From a virus: DNA of 64,000 nucleotides. A program made the translations under genes and the position numbers. Location of the stretch: IMG/VR virus record IMGVR_UViG_3300022555_000009, one strand, 5' to 3'. Every line of letters starts with the position of its first letter. Within the stretch, counting starts at the first letter, position 1. Shown piece by piece: positions 26,945-36,698 of this stretch. Under the pieces are notes generated by a model that did not search any database, was not told the origin of the DNA, and saw nothing but the letters and a program-made list of their open reading frames with translations.

Positions 26945-27832
26945 ATGTCAGATGTTCTTAATCGTAGACTGAGGGGTTCAGATCATAGTCTGGACCCCTA
27001 TTTCTCTGTAAAAAGAGAGAGGCTACTTACTTCCAGTGGTGAGTATGTGGGATTCGATGCCCTCATCAATTCAAAACTCAACAAGACGCTCAGTGTCGTG
27101 GGAGAATCCTATCACTTCGTTCCTCACAAAACGGCATCTCAGACGGTGCATGATTTTCTCGACGCGACAAAACTTAACTACGTGATTAAGTTTATTAGAA
27201 CCGCCGCCAACGGAGCTCAGTACTTCGAGGTCATCGAATTCCCAGATCTGAAGTTCGAGGTTCTACCGAAGGGAAAGGATACGTCCTTAGACGCTGACAA
27301 GCATAAGCCAGACGAGTACGTGCCCACCATCACTGTTCGTAGCTCCTACGACAAGTCCTACCCGACTCAGTTTGCCTACGGCGCTTTCCGCTACATCTGC
27401 ATCAACGGGGTAATGGTTGGAATCGATATCAGTAAGCTTTCGATTCGTCATAATCAGAAACTCGTGGTCGGAGACGTCCAGAATAGCTTCGAGGAGAACC
27501 TCGAGAAGTCTATCGAAAGCTTGAAGGTTAGAATTCCTGAGCTCAACGAACTTGAGGGTCAGGAATTCGCTGAAGAGTTCCTTTTCAACAGGACCCTTCC
27601 TGCTAAGTTCAAGAAGGATATTGTAGAGATGGCGGGACCTGCAATCTCTAGCTACTACGACACTATGACTTCACCTTCTGGTCGCACGAAGCAGGTTCTG
27701 AAGTCCATCGATACGGACATGTCTGCTTACGCAGTCATGAATATCATCACCAGCCTTGTTTCCCATAAGGCTAAGAACGCTGCAAAGCAGCAGGGAATGT
27801 ATAATATGGTGGCTAAAGTCTTTGATCTTTAA
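26945..27832 (+). CDS. DUF932/DUF945-like protein
   Basis: LSVVG..Y..V.H, SYD, AFRYICINGV, IRH. Confidence 0.7.
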   Translation: MSDVLNRRLRGSDHSLDPYFSVKRERLLTSSGEYVGFDALINSKLNKTLSVVGESYHFVPHKTASQTVHDFLDATKLNYVIKFIRTAANGAQYFEVIEFPDLKFEVLPKGKDTSLDADKHKPDEYVPTITVRSSYDKSYPTQFAYGAFRYICINGVMVGIDISKLSIRHNQKLVVGDVQNSFEENLEKSIESLKVRIPELNELEGQEFAEEFLFNRTLPAKFKKDIVEMAGPAISSYYDTMTSPSGRTKQVLKSIDTDMSAYAVMNIITSLVSHKAKNAAKQQGMYNMVAKVFDL

Positions 27833-27843
27833 AAGGGGGTAAA

Positions 27844-28161
27844 GTGGGGCCTAACAACTACATAACAGCGAGTACAACGACTTACGCGACAAATACAGGG
27901 TATTACTATGATGCGCAGCCTCAGTATGTTTACTACGTTAATTCGGGCTTTGCAGCAAATAATCAAATATCGCCCGGGCCGATTTTCGAGCCGGTAGAGA
28001 AATCAGAACCAGAAAAACTATCGATTCGACAAACTATGATGGAGGAATTGATAAAGAGGTTGGAGTCTATATACATTAGTATAAGCAGTATTGAAATGCC
28101 TAAGCAGCGCTCAGACCTACGTGCAGACCTACGTGCCGAGCTACTACTTAGGCTAGCTTAA
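27844..28161 (+). CDS. Hypothetical protein
   Basis: ORF in an operon, GGGGG RBS. Confidence 0.5.
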   Translation: MGPNNYITASTTTYATNTGYYYDAQPQYVYYVNSGFAANNQISPGPIFEPVEKSEPEKLSIRQTMMEELIKRLESIYISISSIEMPKQRSDLRADLRAELLLRLA

Positions 28162-28176
28162 AAGTGAGGAGAGAAT

Positions 28177-28485
28177 ATGAAGATGATTGATAAGATTCGT
28201 AAGGCTACGGATGAGGTGATCGATGAGCTCAAGTGGCCTCTTCGTGTAAAGCAGATTGAGAGGGCGGCCGAGTCCTTCCAAGACACCATCGAGAGTGATC
28301 GCCTGACATCAGAGCAGAAGCTGGTCGATCTCCAGAAGAAGCTTACCGAGGTGAAGACCGAGGACGAAGCTCGGAAGATTTGGAAGAGCATCGCAGAGGC
28401 TCGTATTGCCCTCGAGGAGACTGATCGCCTTGCCCAGATCGTTAAGAAGGAGCGTGATCTCCTCTTCGGCACTGTAAAGGAGTAA
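28177..28485 (+). CDS. Coiled-coil hypothetical protein
   Basis: GAGGAG RBS. Confidence 0.7.
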   Translation: MKMIDKIRKATDEVIDELKWPLRVKQIERAAESFQDTIESDRLTSEQKLVDLQKKLTEVKTEDEARKIWKSIAEARIALEETDRLAQIVKKERDLLFGTVKE

Positions 28486-28657
28486 CATGAGGGTGCCTAA
28501 GCATATTAAATTTCAACGCAAGTTGGAAATCTACGCCAAGGTGCTACCTCTTCTCGAGGCCGGCTTGAAGCACTCCGAGGCATATAAGTGTGCTTCTCTT
28601 CTAACAGGGTATTCATACAGTACAGTATATAGATACTGCGAAATACCTAATTACTGA

Positions 28658-28689
28658 AAAAAAACCCCGTCATTGAGACGGGGTTTTTT
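28658..28689. terminator. Bidirectional terminator
   Basis: aaaaaaaccccgtc-attga-gacggggtttttt between convergent genes. Confidence 0.85.
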
Positions 28690-28694
28690 ATACG

Positions 28695-31600
28695 TTAAAA
28701 ATCTGTAATTTTTACGAATGGTGCTGATGTGTCAGTATTCTTTTTAGAGGCTATGAGCCACGACGTAGCTAGGTCATCTAATAGATTGTCATTTTTAGCC
28801 TTAGCGAATAATTCTCCATATACTAGGATTTGAAAAGTATTAAGAAAAGTTCTCATTTGATCAGGAGTTACTTTTTTAGGATTTGAGAACTGAGCAAGAT
28901 AGTCTTTCAGATCTGAAGCCTCATAGCGAACTCCCGGAAGCATTTTTTTAACAACTGAGGCTTTTTTAGAAAAATCTATCAGCACTTCTGGCGACAGTGT
29001 TTTCCACTTGGCCGTATCTACTCCATTGGGTTTATGCATCCCATACTTCGCAAACCACTCAGCAACCTCTGGAGATCCCGTTGCCTTGCCTAAAGCAGCT
29101 TGGGCTCCTTTTTTCTTAAACTCTACTGTTACAGATCTGACCTCCGAAGAATTACTACCAATTCTCACGGTGTAGTCTCCGGATCCATTTAAATCTTTCA
29201 TGACACCAGTTACTGTTACTGTTCCTAGATTAATAGGAAAAGAAATGAATTCTAGTTTAGGTAGAATGTGAGACTCTGGATCATCTCCGTACTCTACTTT
29301 TGCGGCCTTTTTAACTTTCTTTAAGCTAACCCCAATAATAGTTTTGCTCTCCAAAGCTTTAGCTAAGAAGTCATTTACTAACTGTAATTTTTCTTCTTTA
29401 GAATCGGTCGAATTTCCTATTCTCTCGAAAACACTGCGAATGTTATCTAGCTTAGTAGATTTACATATATAAATATCCGATGGATTCCAACTATCTGCAG
29501 ATTTAAATCCCAAAGAAGTGGCCATGTGTTTTACTAGGTCGTGTATATCTCCACCGGCAGTTTTTGGGAACGTTGTCCGGCCCCTAGAGTAGATATACTC
29601 TTTTCTATTTCCTATCCATTTAGTAAAAGCTCTAGCAGATTCAGTTATGGAATGATGCCACCCCTTGTCGCAATCAGGAAATAATTTCTGAAGTTCTTTC
29701 AGAGAAGCTTCTACTCCTAATTCGTTTAATTTATATAAAGCAAACGCTGTAGCAGTCTCCTGCTGCTCTGTTCTAGCCGTGGCGTCGCCCATCTTATTTC
29801 CTACTCCAGGGGTTGGTTTAAACTGGAGGGAGAAGGGATCTAAGGAAGGATCTTCTATGACAGGTCTATCACCTATTTTCATTACATGAATATGTAACTT
29901 AGCTGCAACTAAGTCAGCTGCTTCATTTCTATCAATGCCTGCGGTTGACCTAACATTCAATCTGATCTTTCCATCTTTACTATTTACCTTCTTAATAGTC
30001 TGCAGATTGTTCTTTGCTAAGAATTTATCCATTTGGTCTTGGGTCGTTTTTTCCTTTAAAGATTCGTGTACCTGCTGGAAATTCAAGGCAGAGAAAGTCA
30101 ACCTGTCTACCAGTTTTATTATATTTCCGTCGATATCAGATACGGCGAAACCCTCTTGTCCGGTCAGCTTGAATGATCCATCAGGTTCCCGTATGAAGGG
30201 AGTCACTCTAGGTAAATTATTTAACTTACCTATCAGGTAGTTCTTTAATTCAACAAGTCCAGCTTGAAACATAAGTAGGTTGCCGAATTCCTCTCGTTTT
30301 GTTTGTCCAAAGTATTCCTGCACACTCGCTATTTTAGACTTCGCTGAGTAATTTTCTGGTAGCCATTTCAAAAATTCTTCCACATATTTATTGATATCTC
30401 CGAACTGGAAATTCTGGCCTACGCCGTAATTTTCAAATCTGATCAATAGGTCTCTTAAAGTAGGCTTTGCAGCTACCTCATTAGCGAAGTCTTTACACTT
30501 TTCAAAAGCTTCTGATGTCTTGTTCTGCAATCCGACGCACTCATAGGATTCTTCTTCAGTTAAGGTTACTTTGCCAACCAGGGAAGGCAGATTAGAGTCT
30601 ACCGCAAATAATCCTTGCACAGGATTTAATTTAGATATATCTACATCTCCGAAAGACTTTGTTTCGGCTGCTGTCCTTAAGTCATTACCCCTTACGATTG
30701 TATGGAAGGCAACACCGGCATCACTAGATAAGATTCTCTGACCCAGATCCGTGTCTATTTCAACAGCGTACGTTAAGGTGTTAGGTGTAAATATAACCCA
30801 TTGCTTACCCTGCTCATCCGTTCTTTGTTCTAGGTCTTCCTTTGTGAATAAGAAATCGCCGCACCATAACTCGCCATCAGGAATTCCTAATTGAGGAATA
30901 TAATGCAAAGAGATTTTCAATTCATTAGCAAGGTTAGGCTTATCTCCATATCGTGCGTCTATCTCTTCATCAGTTTGAAAAATCTGCGGCTGCTTGGGAG
31001 AAAATGTATTCTTCATACCGACGAAAGGCCCATTGACACCAGGATAATTATTACCGAATACTGTAAAATGAGAACCATCCCATTTCATAGTAGCAGTGAC
31101 TTCTTCTTCAGGGGTGTTGCCTTGTAGCTCCGAAAATAAAGAGCCGAGGTAGCGCATAGCCTTCTCACCGCCAATGGCACCTTCGTTGTATACAAGATCC
31201 TCTATGTGAGGGATATTAGCTCCACCTTTCTCGTTGAGCTCATCTACTTTTCCAAGCCCTTGGCAATAAGAGCATTCGACTACTTCTCCGTTTAATTTTT
31301 GCCGGGTACCTTTGCCCTGGCATACAGGACACTTACCTACCATCTCTGTCAGCCCAATAGGTGCTTTCTGATGCGTCAAGAAATCGTCAACGTAAGCTCT
31401 AAAATTCTCAGCTAGATCAGGGGGGAATGTCTGCTTTACTTTATCCCAAATATATTCTAAGGGCTGCACTAAGTCTGTTGCGGTCCAGGGTTCACTAGAC
31501 TCAGAAGAAATAAGTCCTGCTACCTCATCTGGATTCGTTATCAAAGGGATAGAGGGATCTTTCTTCCCATTCGCATCTCGCTTAAAGACTCCTTGATTAT

Positions 31601-33935
31601 TTATGCCATAGCCTAGTTGTTTCATGATAGCTGCAAGAGCCCCTACTCTTCCAATAGGGCCATACTTAGACTCACCAAGGCCAAATCCAGCATACTTAAA
31701 TGACAACCAGTTAAGCTCACCTAGCATTAAGTCTATCTGAACATGCTTGTCTGTCTCATTACCGGCCTCATCGAATTGAGGAAACAATACACTCACCTGA
31801 TTAAATCCTACAGATGGTGCACACTTAAAGCCTTCTTTTTCAAAAGCTGCCGTTATAGTTTTCAGATCTAAATCGCTTTGTACGCCTAAGTCGATATCTC
31901 CATTGTCAGGTTTCTTACCTGTAGATCCGATAGGCCGGTACTCAACTCCAGGTATGAGTCTTTGAAGAAAAGGGTCGAATTTCTCCAAAGTTGGCAGAAT
32001 ATATTCTCTCTTAATCCTATCACCGGAAACGGCGTGACCGCCCTCGACATAGTTTTCTAGAGAAGTGTATAATGATAATAACTCTTTTGCAGAATGCTCC
32101 TTTAAGGACAGAGCTAAATCATACATAGGTATGGATAAAGTTTCCGAGAGGTAAGTCAGTAGCTCATTGCGGATTGCTGTAGATTCCTGCACACCTAAGC
32201 CGTCTCTTGTTGCTTCAAACATTTCCATAGCTAATTCTTTATCATCAGCTGTTATACGCTGGAATTCTTCAAAGTTACCATCCATTGCGGCGTTGCGTGC
32301 TTTCGTAGCAGAGAATCCGTTGACGTCGTTTGAGTCTGGATCTCTATCTCCGGTTGAAACGACCTGAATGGAATTAAATACGTAATATCCGTGGTTAGAT
32401 TGTACATCATTATACTTTTCACATTGTATCTTTAACTGAGCCACAGCATCTACGTCCTGGTAAATGATAAGATCAGTATACTTCTTATTGTAGAACCATA
32501 CGAGAGCCTCGAAAATCGTAGTCACTTCAGGGTCTGCTAAGACAGTTACACCTTGAGGAACCATCCTCGATAAGAAATTGACCTTCTGTTCCCAGGATAG
32601 GGGATTCTTTTTCTGATCATGAGAGTGGGTAGTCAACACATAAGCATCTGTCTGATACTTCTTAGCTGTTTCGAGAACGATATTGAAAGCCTTCATGTGC
32701 CCCTTGGTAGGAGGATTGTAGCGGCCCCAAATAAAGGTAGCTTTCTTCTTAGGCTCATCTTCGACAGCTTCATCTAAGTTTTTTGATATAACCTTTCCAT
32801 TAGGCCCATCTATATCAATATCGACTGATTTTCTATCTTTTCCATTGATATTGAATTTCTGAAGCATGTGAGGGTACTTTCCAGGATGAGCTACAGCGTC
32901 TAAACAGAACCTAGCTGCCATCTCTAGGCCGGGCTTCAAAGCATCTTTTGCGTTGGGACCTATTTTCGCCCCATATAGAAGGGATTCAACATCCTGCTTA
33001 TCTTTTGGTGTGACTTCGAATATAAAGTCCTTAGGATCAAACCCAATTCCACCCTTGGCCCAGTATGCTTTCGCCACCCCTGGTCCTAATTCTACCCAGA
33101 TCTGATTATAATCAGGTGTCACGTATCCTTTGGTGGCTTCTCGTTTTATATTGTTCATTAGTTCCCCTGGTTCCTCTTCTTGTTCCTTAGGTGCTTCTTC
33201 TGTTGGCACACCCTCTTGTTCCATTTCTACGGGCTCGGTATTCTGCTCAGGTTCTTCTACTTGCTGCTGTTCTATAGGTTGTTCCTGCTCTTGTTCGATT
33301 GGTCGCTCTTCCTCAGGTTCTTCCAAAGGAATATTTTGAGGGACTTTCTTCAGTAGGGATTGCGCAAACTGGTTGAGGTAGAAAGATAGATTTTTAACAA
33401 CTTGATAAGTATGCTTATCAAGTAAAGTACTTCCGTGCCTTGCATTCCACTTTCGCGGAGCTATAGTAGTAGGGAATAAGGATGCGTTTTTCTGAGACAA
33501 GTTATAATTAAATCCCTGATAATGGAATGAAGGGCTGTTGGACCATAGCTTAATGCTGCATTTCTTGAAGGCGTTTACCACACCCTCTTTATTTAGCTCC
33601 CACCCATTATCATTCATCGTTTTCTGCATTGGGAAAAACCCTACCCATACTTCATATAATTCGGAAGGATCATCCTGAAGTTTAAAAGTGGCATTATCCA
33701 CGTCTTTATAGTCATATTCATCCCCATACTTATGTGTGGAGTTAACTAAAATTTTGAATATGGCTAGATCTTGATCTGCGTTGTATATTGAGCTTATGAA
33801 TTTAGAAGATTTGGTCGCCGGTCCTTCTATGGTATATCTCTCATCGGATGCCATTTGTATCGCACCAGATACTGGAGAGCTCGCGATCTGATTGAGGGAC
33901 AGGTCCTCGTAGATTAAATGCATTTTACGTGTCAT
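28695..33935 (-). CDS. 1746-aa multidomain (polyvalent) late protein: HxGH nucleotidyltransferase, pol-beta NTase, Zn finger, KWDG (DUF6267-like) domain, PD-(D/E)xK-like domain
   Basis: WGRYNPPTKGH/KNPL/FSATKAR; IGSTG..GDIDL; CPVCQGKG..CSYCQGLG; HIEDL..KWDG..EGF..KLVDR; QQE..WNPSDIY..GVSLKK. Confidence 0.8.
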   Translation of the reverse strand: MTRKMHLIYEDLSLNQIASSPVSGAIQMASDERYTIEGPATKSSKFISSIYNADQDLAIFKILVNSTHKYGDEYDYKDVDNATFKLQDDPSELYEVWVGFFPMQKTMNDNGWELNKEGVVNAFKKCSIKLWSNSPSFHYQGFNYNLSQKNASLFPTTIAPRKWNARHGSTLLDKHTYQVVKNLSFYLNQFAQSLLKKVPQNIPLEEPEEERPIEQEQEQPIEQQQVEEPEQNTEPVEMEQEGVPTEEAPKEQEEEPGELMNNIKREATKGYVTPDYNQIWVELGPGVAKAYWAKGGIGFDPKDFIFEVTPKDKQDVESLLYGAKIGPNAKDALKPGLEMAARFCLDAVAHPGKYPHMLQKFNINGKDRKSVDIDIDGPNGKVISKNLDEAVEDEPKKKATFIWGRYNPPTKGHMKAFNIVLETAKKYQTDAYVLTTHSHDQKKNPLSWEQKVNFLSRMVPQGVTVLADPEVTTIFEALVWFYNKKYTDLIIYQDVDAVAQLKIQCEKYNDVQSNHGYYVFNSIQVVSTGDRDPDSNDVNGFSATKARNAAMDGNFEEFQRITADDKELAMEMFEATRDGLGVQESTAIRNELLTYLSETLSIPMYDLALSLKEHSAKELLSLYTSLENYVEGGHAVSGDRIKREYILPTLEKFDPFLQRLIPGVEYRPIGSTGKKPDNGDIDLGVQSDLDLKTITAAFEKEGFKCAPSVGFNQVSVLFPQFDEAGNETDKHVQIDLMLGELNWLSFKYAGFGLGESKYGPIGRVGALAAIMKQLGYGINNQGVFKRDANGKKDPSIPLITNPDEVAGLISSESSEPWTATDLVQPLEYIWDKVKQTFPPDLAENFRAYVDDFLTHQKAPIGLTEMVGKCPVCQGKGTRQKLNGEVVECSYCQGLGKVDELNEKGGANIPHIEDLVYNEGAIGGEKAMRYLGSLFSELQGNTPEEEVTATMKWDGSHFTVFGNNYPGVNGPFVGMKNTFSPKQPQIFQTDEEIDARYGDKPNLANELKISLHYIPQLGIPDGELWCGDFLFTKEDLEQRTDEQGKQWVIFTPNTLTYAVEIDTDLGQRILSSDAGVAFHTIVRGNDLRTAAETKSFGDVDISKLNPVQGLFAVDSNLPSLVGKVTLTEEESYECVGLQNKTSEAFEKCKDFANEVAAKPTLRDLLIRFENYGVGQNFQFGDINKYVEEFLKWLPENYSAKSKIASVQEYFGQTKREEFGNLLMFQAGLVELKNYLIGKLNNLPRVTPFIREPDGSFKLTGQEGFAVSDIDGNIIKLVDRLTFSALNFQQVHESLKEKTTQDQMDKFLAKNNLQTIKKVNSKDGKIRLNVRSTAGIDRNEAADLVAAKLHIHVMKIGDRPVIEDPSLDPFSLQFKPTPGVGNKMGDATARTEQQETATAFALYKLNELGVEASLKELQKLFPDCDKGWHHSITESARAFTKWIGNRKEYIYSRGRTTFPKTAGGDIHDLVKHMATSLGFKSADSWNPSDIYICKSTKLDNIRSVFERIGNSTDSKEEKLQLVNDFLAKALESKTIIGVSLKKVKKAAKVEYGDDPESHILPKLEFISFPINLGTVTVTGVMKDLNGSGDYTVRIGSNSSEVRSVTVEFKKKGAQAALGKATGSPEVAEWFAKYGMHKPNGVDTAKWKTLSPEVLIDFSKKASVVKKMLPGVRYEASDLKDYLAQFSNPKKVTPDQMRTFLNTFQILVYGELFAKAKNDNLLDDLATSWLIASKKNTDTSAPFVKITDF

Positions 33936-33983
33936 AGTTAATTAGTAAATTAAAAAAGCCCGACATAACATCGGGCTTTGTTT

Positions 33984-34157
33984 TCAATCTTCTACTTTAG
34001 TCTTCTTAGATCTAAACGTTGTCTTTTTAATTTCTTTTTCGCTGCTCCACGAGTCATCTTCTTGCTTGTTCGCTAGCTCTTTTTTTAGCTTAGCTATCTT
34101 GTCTTTCCATTCTTGACTCTCTGGATCCATTTTTATTATGATAGTCTTATCACTCAT
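33984..34157 (-). CDS. Small protein (57 aa), not in the track
   Basis: AAGGAG RBS; MSDKTIIIKMDPESQEWKDKIAKLKKEL... Confidence 0.6.
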   Translation of the reverse strand: MSDKTIIIKMDPESQEWKDKIAKLKKELANKQEDDSWSSEKEIKKTTFRSKKTKVED

Positions 34158-34182
34158 GTGTGAACTCCTTAAGTCGGATCAA

Positions 34183-34779
34183 TTAACCTGGTAGATTTCT
34201 CATTTGTAAAAGTGCCCAGCGCTTCCATTCTGGATTGCCTGAGGCATATACTGAACATAGTGTCTTATATAACCTAAAGGATACGCGAGGAGCGTACTTC
34301 AAATAACTTCTTAAGAATTTTAAAACTTCTTTCTTTTGTGTCATTGTAAGACTAGGCACCAGGTCAGCAAGCTGCGTCTCTATGAGGTCGGTGGCTTGCT
34401 CCTTTGTGTAGACGTATCGGATACAAGTTACACGGTCAGCTAAGGCCGTAGGAACATCCATATAGTTAGAGATAAAGATCATAAAAGATTCAAAGTAGAA
34501 CTCTACTGGAATCTCGTCATCCTCTTCAGTATCCAGATCGCTCATACCCTCGTCTTCGAATTCGCCACCACCACTAAACATATCTTCGTCATCTGGAGTT
34601 ATGGTCGCCTTCTTTTTCGGAGCTTCTATCATTCTAGATATAGAATTGCTTGGATCATGCTCTGGAAAAATCTTTTCATAGATCCGAGAAGGAACTATCT
34701 CGGATCCTGCATACTGCTCGTTTAAGTAGATATCGACGCCCCGGACATTGGCGTTTTTAATTAGGTTTACTTTCATCAT
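34183..34779 (-). CDS. C-terminal half of a split AAA+ ATPase
   Basis: IPVEFYFESFMIFISN (sensor 1), ALADR (Arg finger), helical lid. Confidence 0.6.
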   Translation of the reverse strand: MMKVNLIKNANVRGVDIYLNEQYAGSEIVPSRIYEKIFPEHDPSNSISRMIEAPKKKATITPDDEDMFSGGGEFEDEGMSDLDTEEDDEIPVEFYFESFMIFISNYMDVPTALADRVTCIRYVYTKEQATDLIETQLADLVPSLTMTQKKEVLKFLRSYLKYAPRVSFRLYKTLCSVYASGNPEWKRWALLQMRNLPG

Positions 34780-34796
34780 TTTAATTCAGTTCCTTT

Positions 34797-35867
34797 TTAG
34801 TGTCGTCTCATCTTGGTGTAAGATATTCGTCTGTCTTCTTTATCCGATTGAAGAGCTCCCTTGAGCATATTAGCCGCAGTCTGAACTTTCAATATAGCGT
34901 CATTATCATCCAGGATAACACAATAACCTTTTCTATAATCCCAAAGGATCTGCAATAAGCCAGTAAATCCAGCTATTCCTCCGGACTTATATACCGCCGG
35001 GCTATCTGTGCCATTGGAAGAACCCCATATACCTTCTCTTTTGAATACTTTTTTGACTGTGAAAGTCTTTCCAAGTCCAGGGTTACCATATACGAATAAT
35101 CCCTTTGGGACGTCTTCAAGCTGGGCACCTTGTATCTCACCTTTAATAGCTTTGGACATCCTAGTTAATTCATAATTATAGATATCCATATTATGCTTTG
35201 CTTCATCAGCGAAAACGGACTGTGCAAATAAATCTTCTTCCGATGGAGTTGTTACTTGCTGCGATGGACTAGATCCACCTCTAGTGACTTGGGCGCTACC
35301 TTCACCGTTACTCGATAGCCAGGCTTTTGCGTGTGTATTGAAAGCCATGCTGCTGATTTTTTTCTTGTCATTAATATCTGCCCATGCAAGATAAGACCGA
35401 TAGAGGTGTGCCATTTTTTTGCCATAGGCTTCATTACCTAAGGAGCTCAAAAACTCACCTACGTCGTCTTTTATCGACTCGCGAAGCGGGATAGTATGGA
35501 GAATATATTGCTCTTCTTGTACCTGAGCTACATAATTTTCTCCCGCGCCTTTCATAACTTCAGCTATCATATCCAGTTGATCCTGGGGATCAGTTGCGGA
35601 TAGGTCAATTCTAAAACCAGGTTTATCTAAGTCTCCGGGCTTAACCCACACAGAAACACCTACGATGTCGCCGTCAGAATTCAACTCCACTCGTATGGCC
35701 TGGGTGCCAGTATACCCGTAGTAGGAATCCTTTATACCTGTTCTATCCTTTATCTGGATAGCCACTGGTGAAAAGGATATCTCAGCACCCAGAGCTTGAG
35801 ATAACATTTGTATAAATGATTGAGCAGTCTGCGCAAATCGGTCACCCATTTCCTGAAGTTTTTTCAT
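34797..35867 (-). CDS. N-terminal half of a split AAA+ ATPase
   Basis: Walker A GNPGLGKT and Walker B VILDDND; ends at RRISYTKMRRH. Confidence 0.75.
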   Translation of the reverse strand: MKKLQEMGDRFAQTAQSFIQMLSQALGAEISFSPVAIQIKDRTGIKDSYYGYTGTQAIRVELNSDGDIVGVSVWVKPGDLDKPGFRIDLSATDPQDQLDMIAEVMKGAGENYVAQVQEEQYILHTIPLRESIKDDVGEFLSSLGNEAYGKKMAHLYRSYLAWADINDKKKISSMAFNTHAKAWLSSNGEGSAQVTRGGSSPSQQVTTPSEEDLFAQSVFADEAKHNMDIYNYELTRMSKAIKGEIQGAQLEDVPKGLFVYGNPGLGKTFTVKKVFKREGIWGSSNGTDSPAVYKSGGIAGFTGLLQILWDYRKGYCVILDDNDAILKVQTAANMLKGALQSDKEDRRISYTKMRRH

Positions 35868-35891
35868 ATATCATCCTTCTATTTTAATTAG

Positions 35892-36626
35892 TTAGGCGAC
35901 GTTGGCCAGTCTATTTCTCAGCTCTAAAAGAGATAAGTTCAGTATAGATTCCTCTTCCTCCTTCAGAGAGTTCACGTAAATCTTGTAGGTGCTACTTTTC
36001 CGGATAAATTGCAGCACCCCTATTACCACTTTCATCGCTGTTTTTAACGAAGACGTAGCGAAGACATCCTGAGTTACAGTTAGAGCAGATCTGATAGCGT
36101 CGTGTTCTTTGTTGAATAAGTAGTTTGCGGGATCCTCGACAGTCTTATCGTCTCCTGGCCTAAACATATACGTAAAGTTTAAGGTTTCAGCTAGGTCACC
36201 AAGCTCTATACTATTTGACTTAGTCTCTATGATGCTGTTTAAAGAAGCTACTCTATCCTCTTTCTGAAGCTTGTCGTTATACAAAGTTTCTTTAATCTTA
36301 AAGTAAAGATATCCCGCAAAAGATCTATCAATAAGAAAGCCAGGCCTATTGTACTGAGTCATTAATTTTATAGTAGAATCCACAGCTGCAGCGTCTACTA
36401 TATCTGGTGGCAAAAATATCTTTCCTTTCGTTTGTTTCAGTATAAGTGATCTTGCGTAGGGGACCATTTTTTGAAACATTTCTTTATAAAAAGGGCTTTT
36501 ATCATAATTTACAATTCTTTGATCTCCCTCAACTGTTTCAATTTTACATTCTCTCGTCGTTAAGTACTTTTCCTGTAACTCTGATAAACACACTTCAGTC
36601 ACAGGTTTGATTGCATATCTTGCCAT
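35892..36626 (-). CDS. Sigma-factor-like protein (late sigma candidate)
   Basis: Region-2-like helices: MVPYARSLILK, DSTIKLMTQY, SFAGYLYFKIK, ASLN. Confidence 0.5.
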   Translation of the reverse strand: MARYAIKPVTEVCLSELQEKYLTTRECKIETVEGDQRIVNYDKSPFYKEMFQKMVPYARSLILKQTKGKIFLPPDIVDAAAVDSTIKLMTQYNRPGFLIDRSFAGYLYFKIKETLYNDKLQKEDRVASLNSIIETKSNSIELGDLAETLNFTYMFRPGDDKTVEDPANYLFNKEHDAIRSALTVTQDVFATSSLKTAMKVVIGVLQFIRKSSTYKIYVNSLKEEEESILNLSLLELRNRLANVA

Positions 36627-36698
36627 TCGCGTTTCTCCAAAAAATAAAGGGAACCAGAAACGGTTCCCTTTTAATATAGTATCTCTTTTGAATATTAT

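Noticed and set aside
26851-28138. Short 12-nt tandem repeats (TCTTATCATCGC; CAGACCTACGTG)
   Set aside because: In-frame coding duplications with no spacers; not an array.
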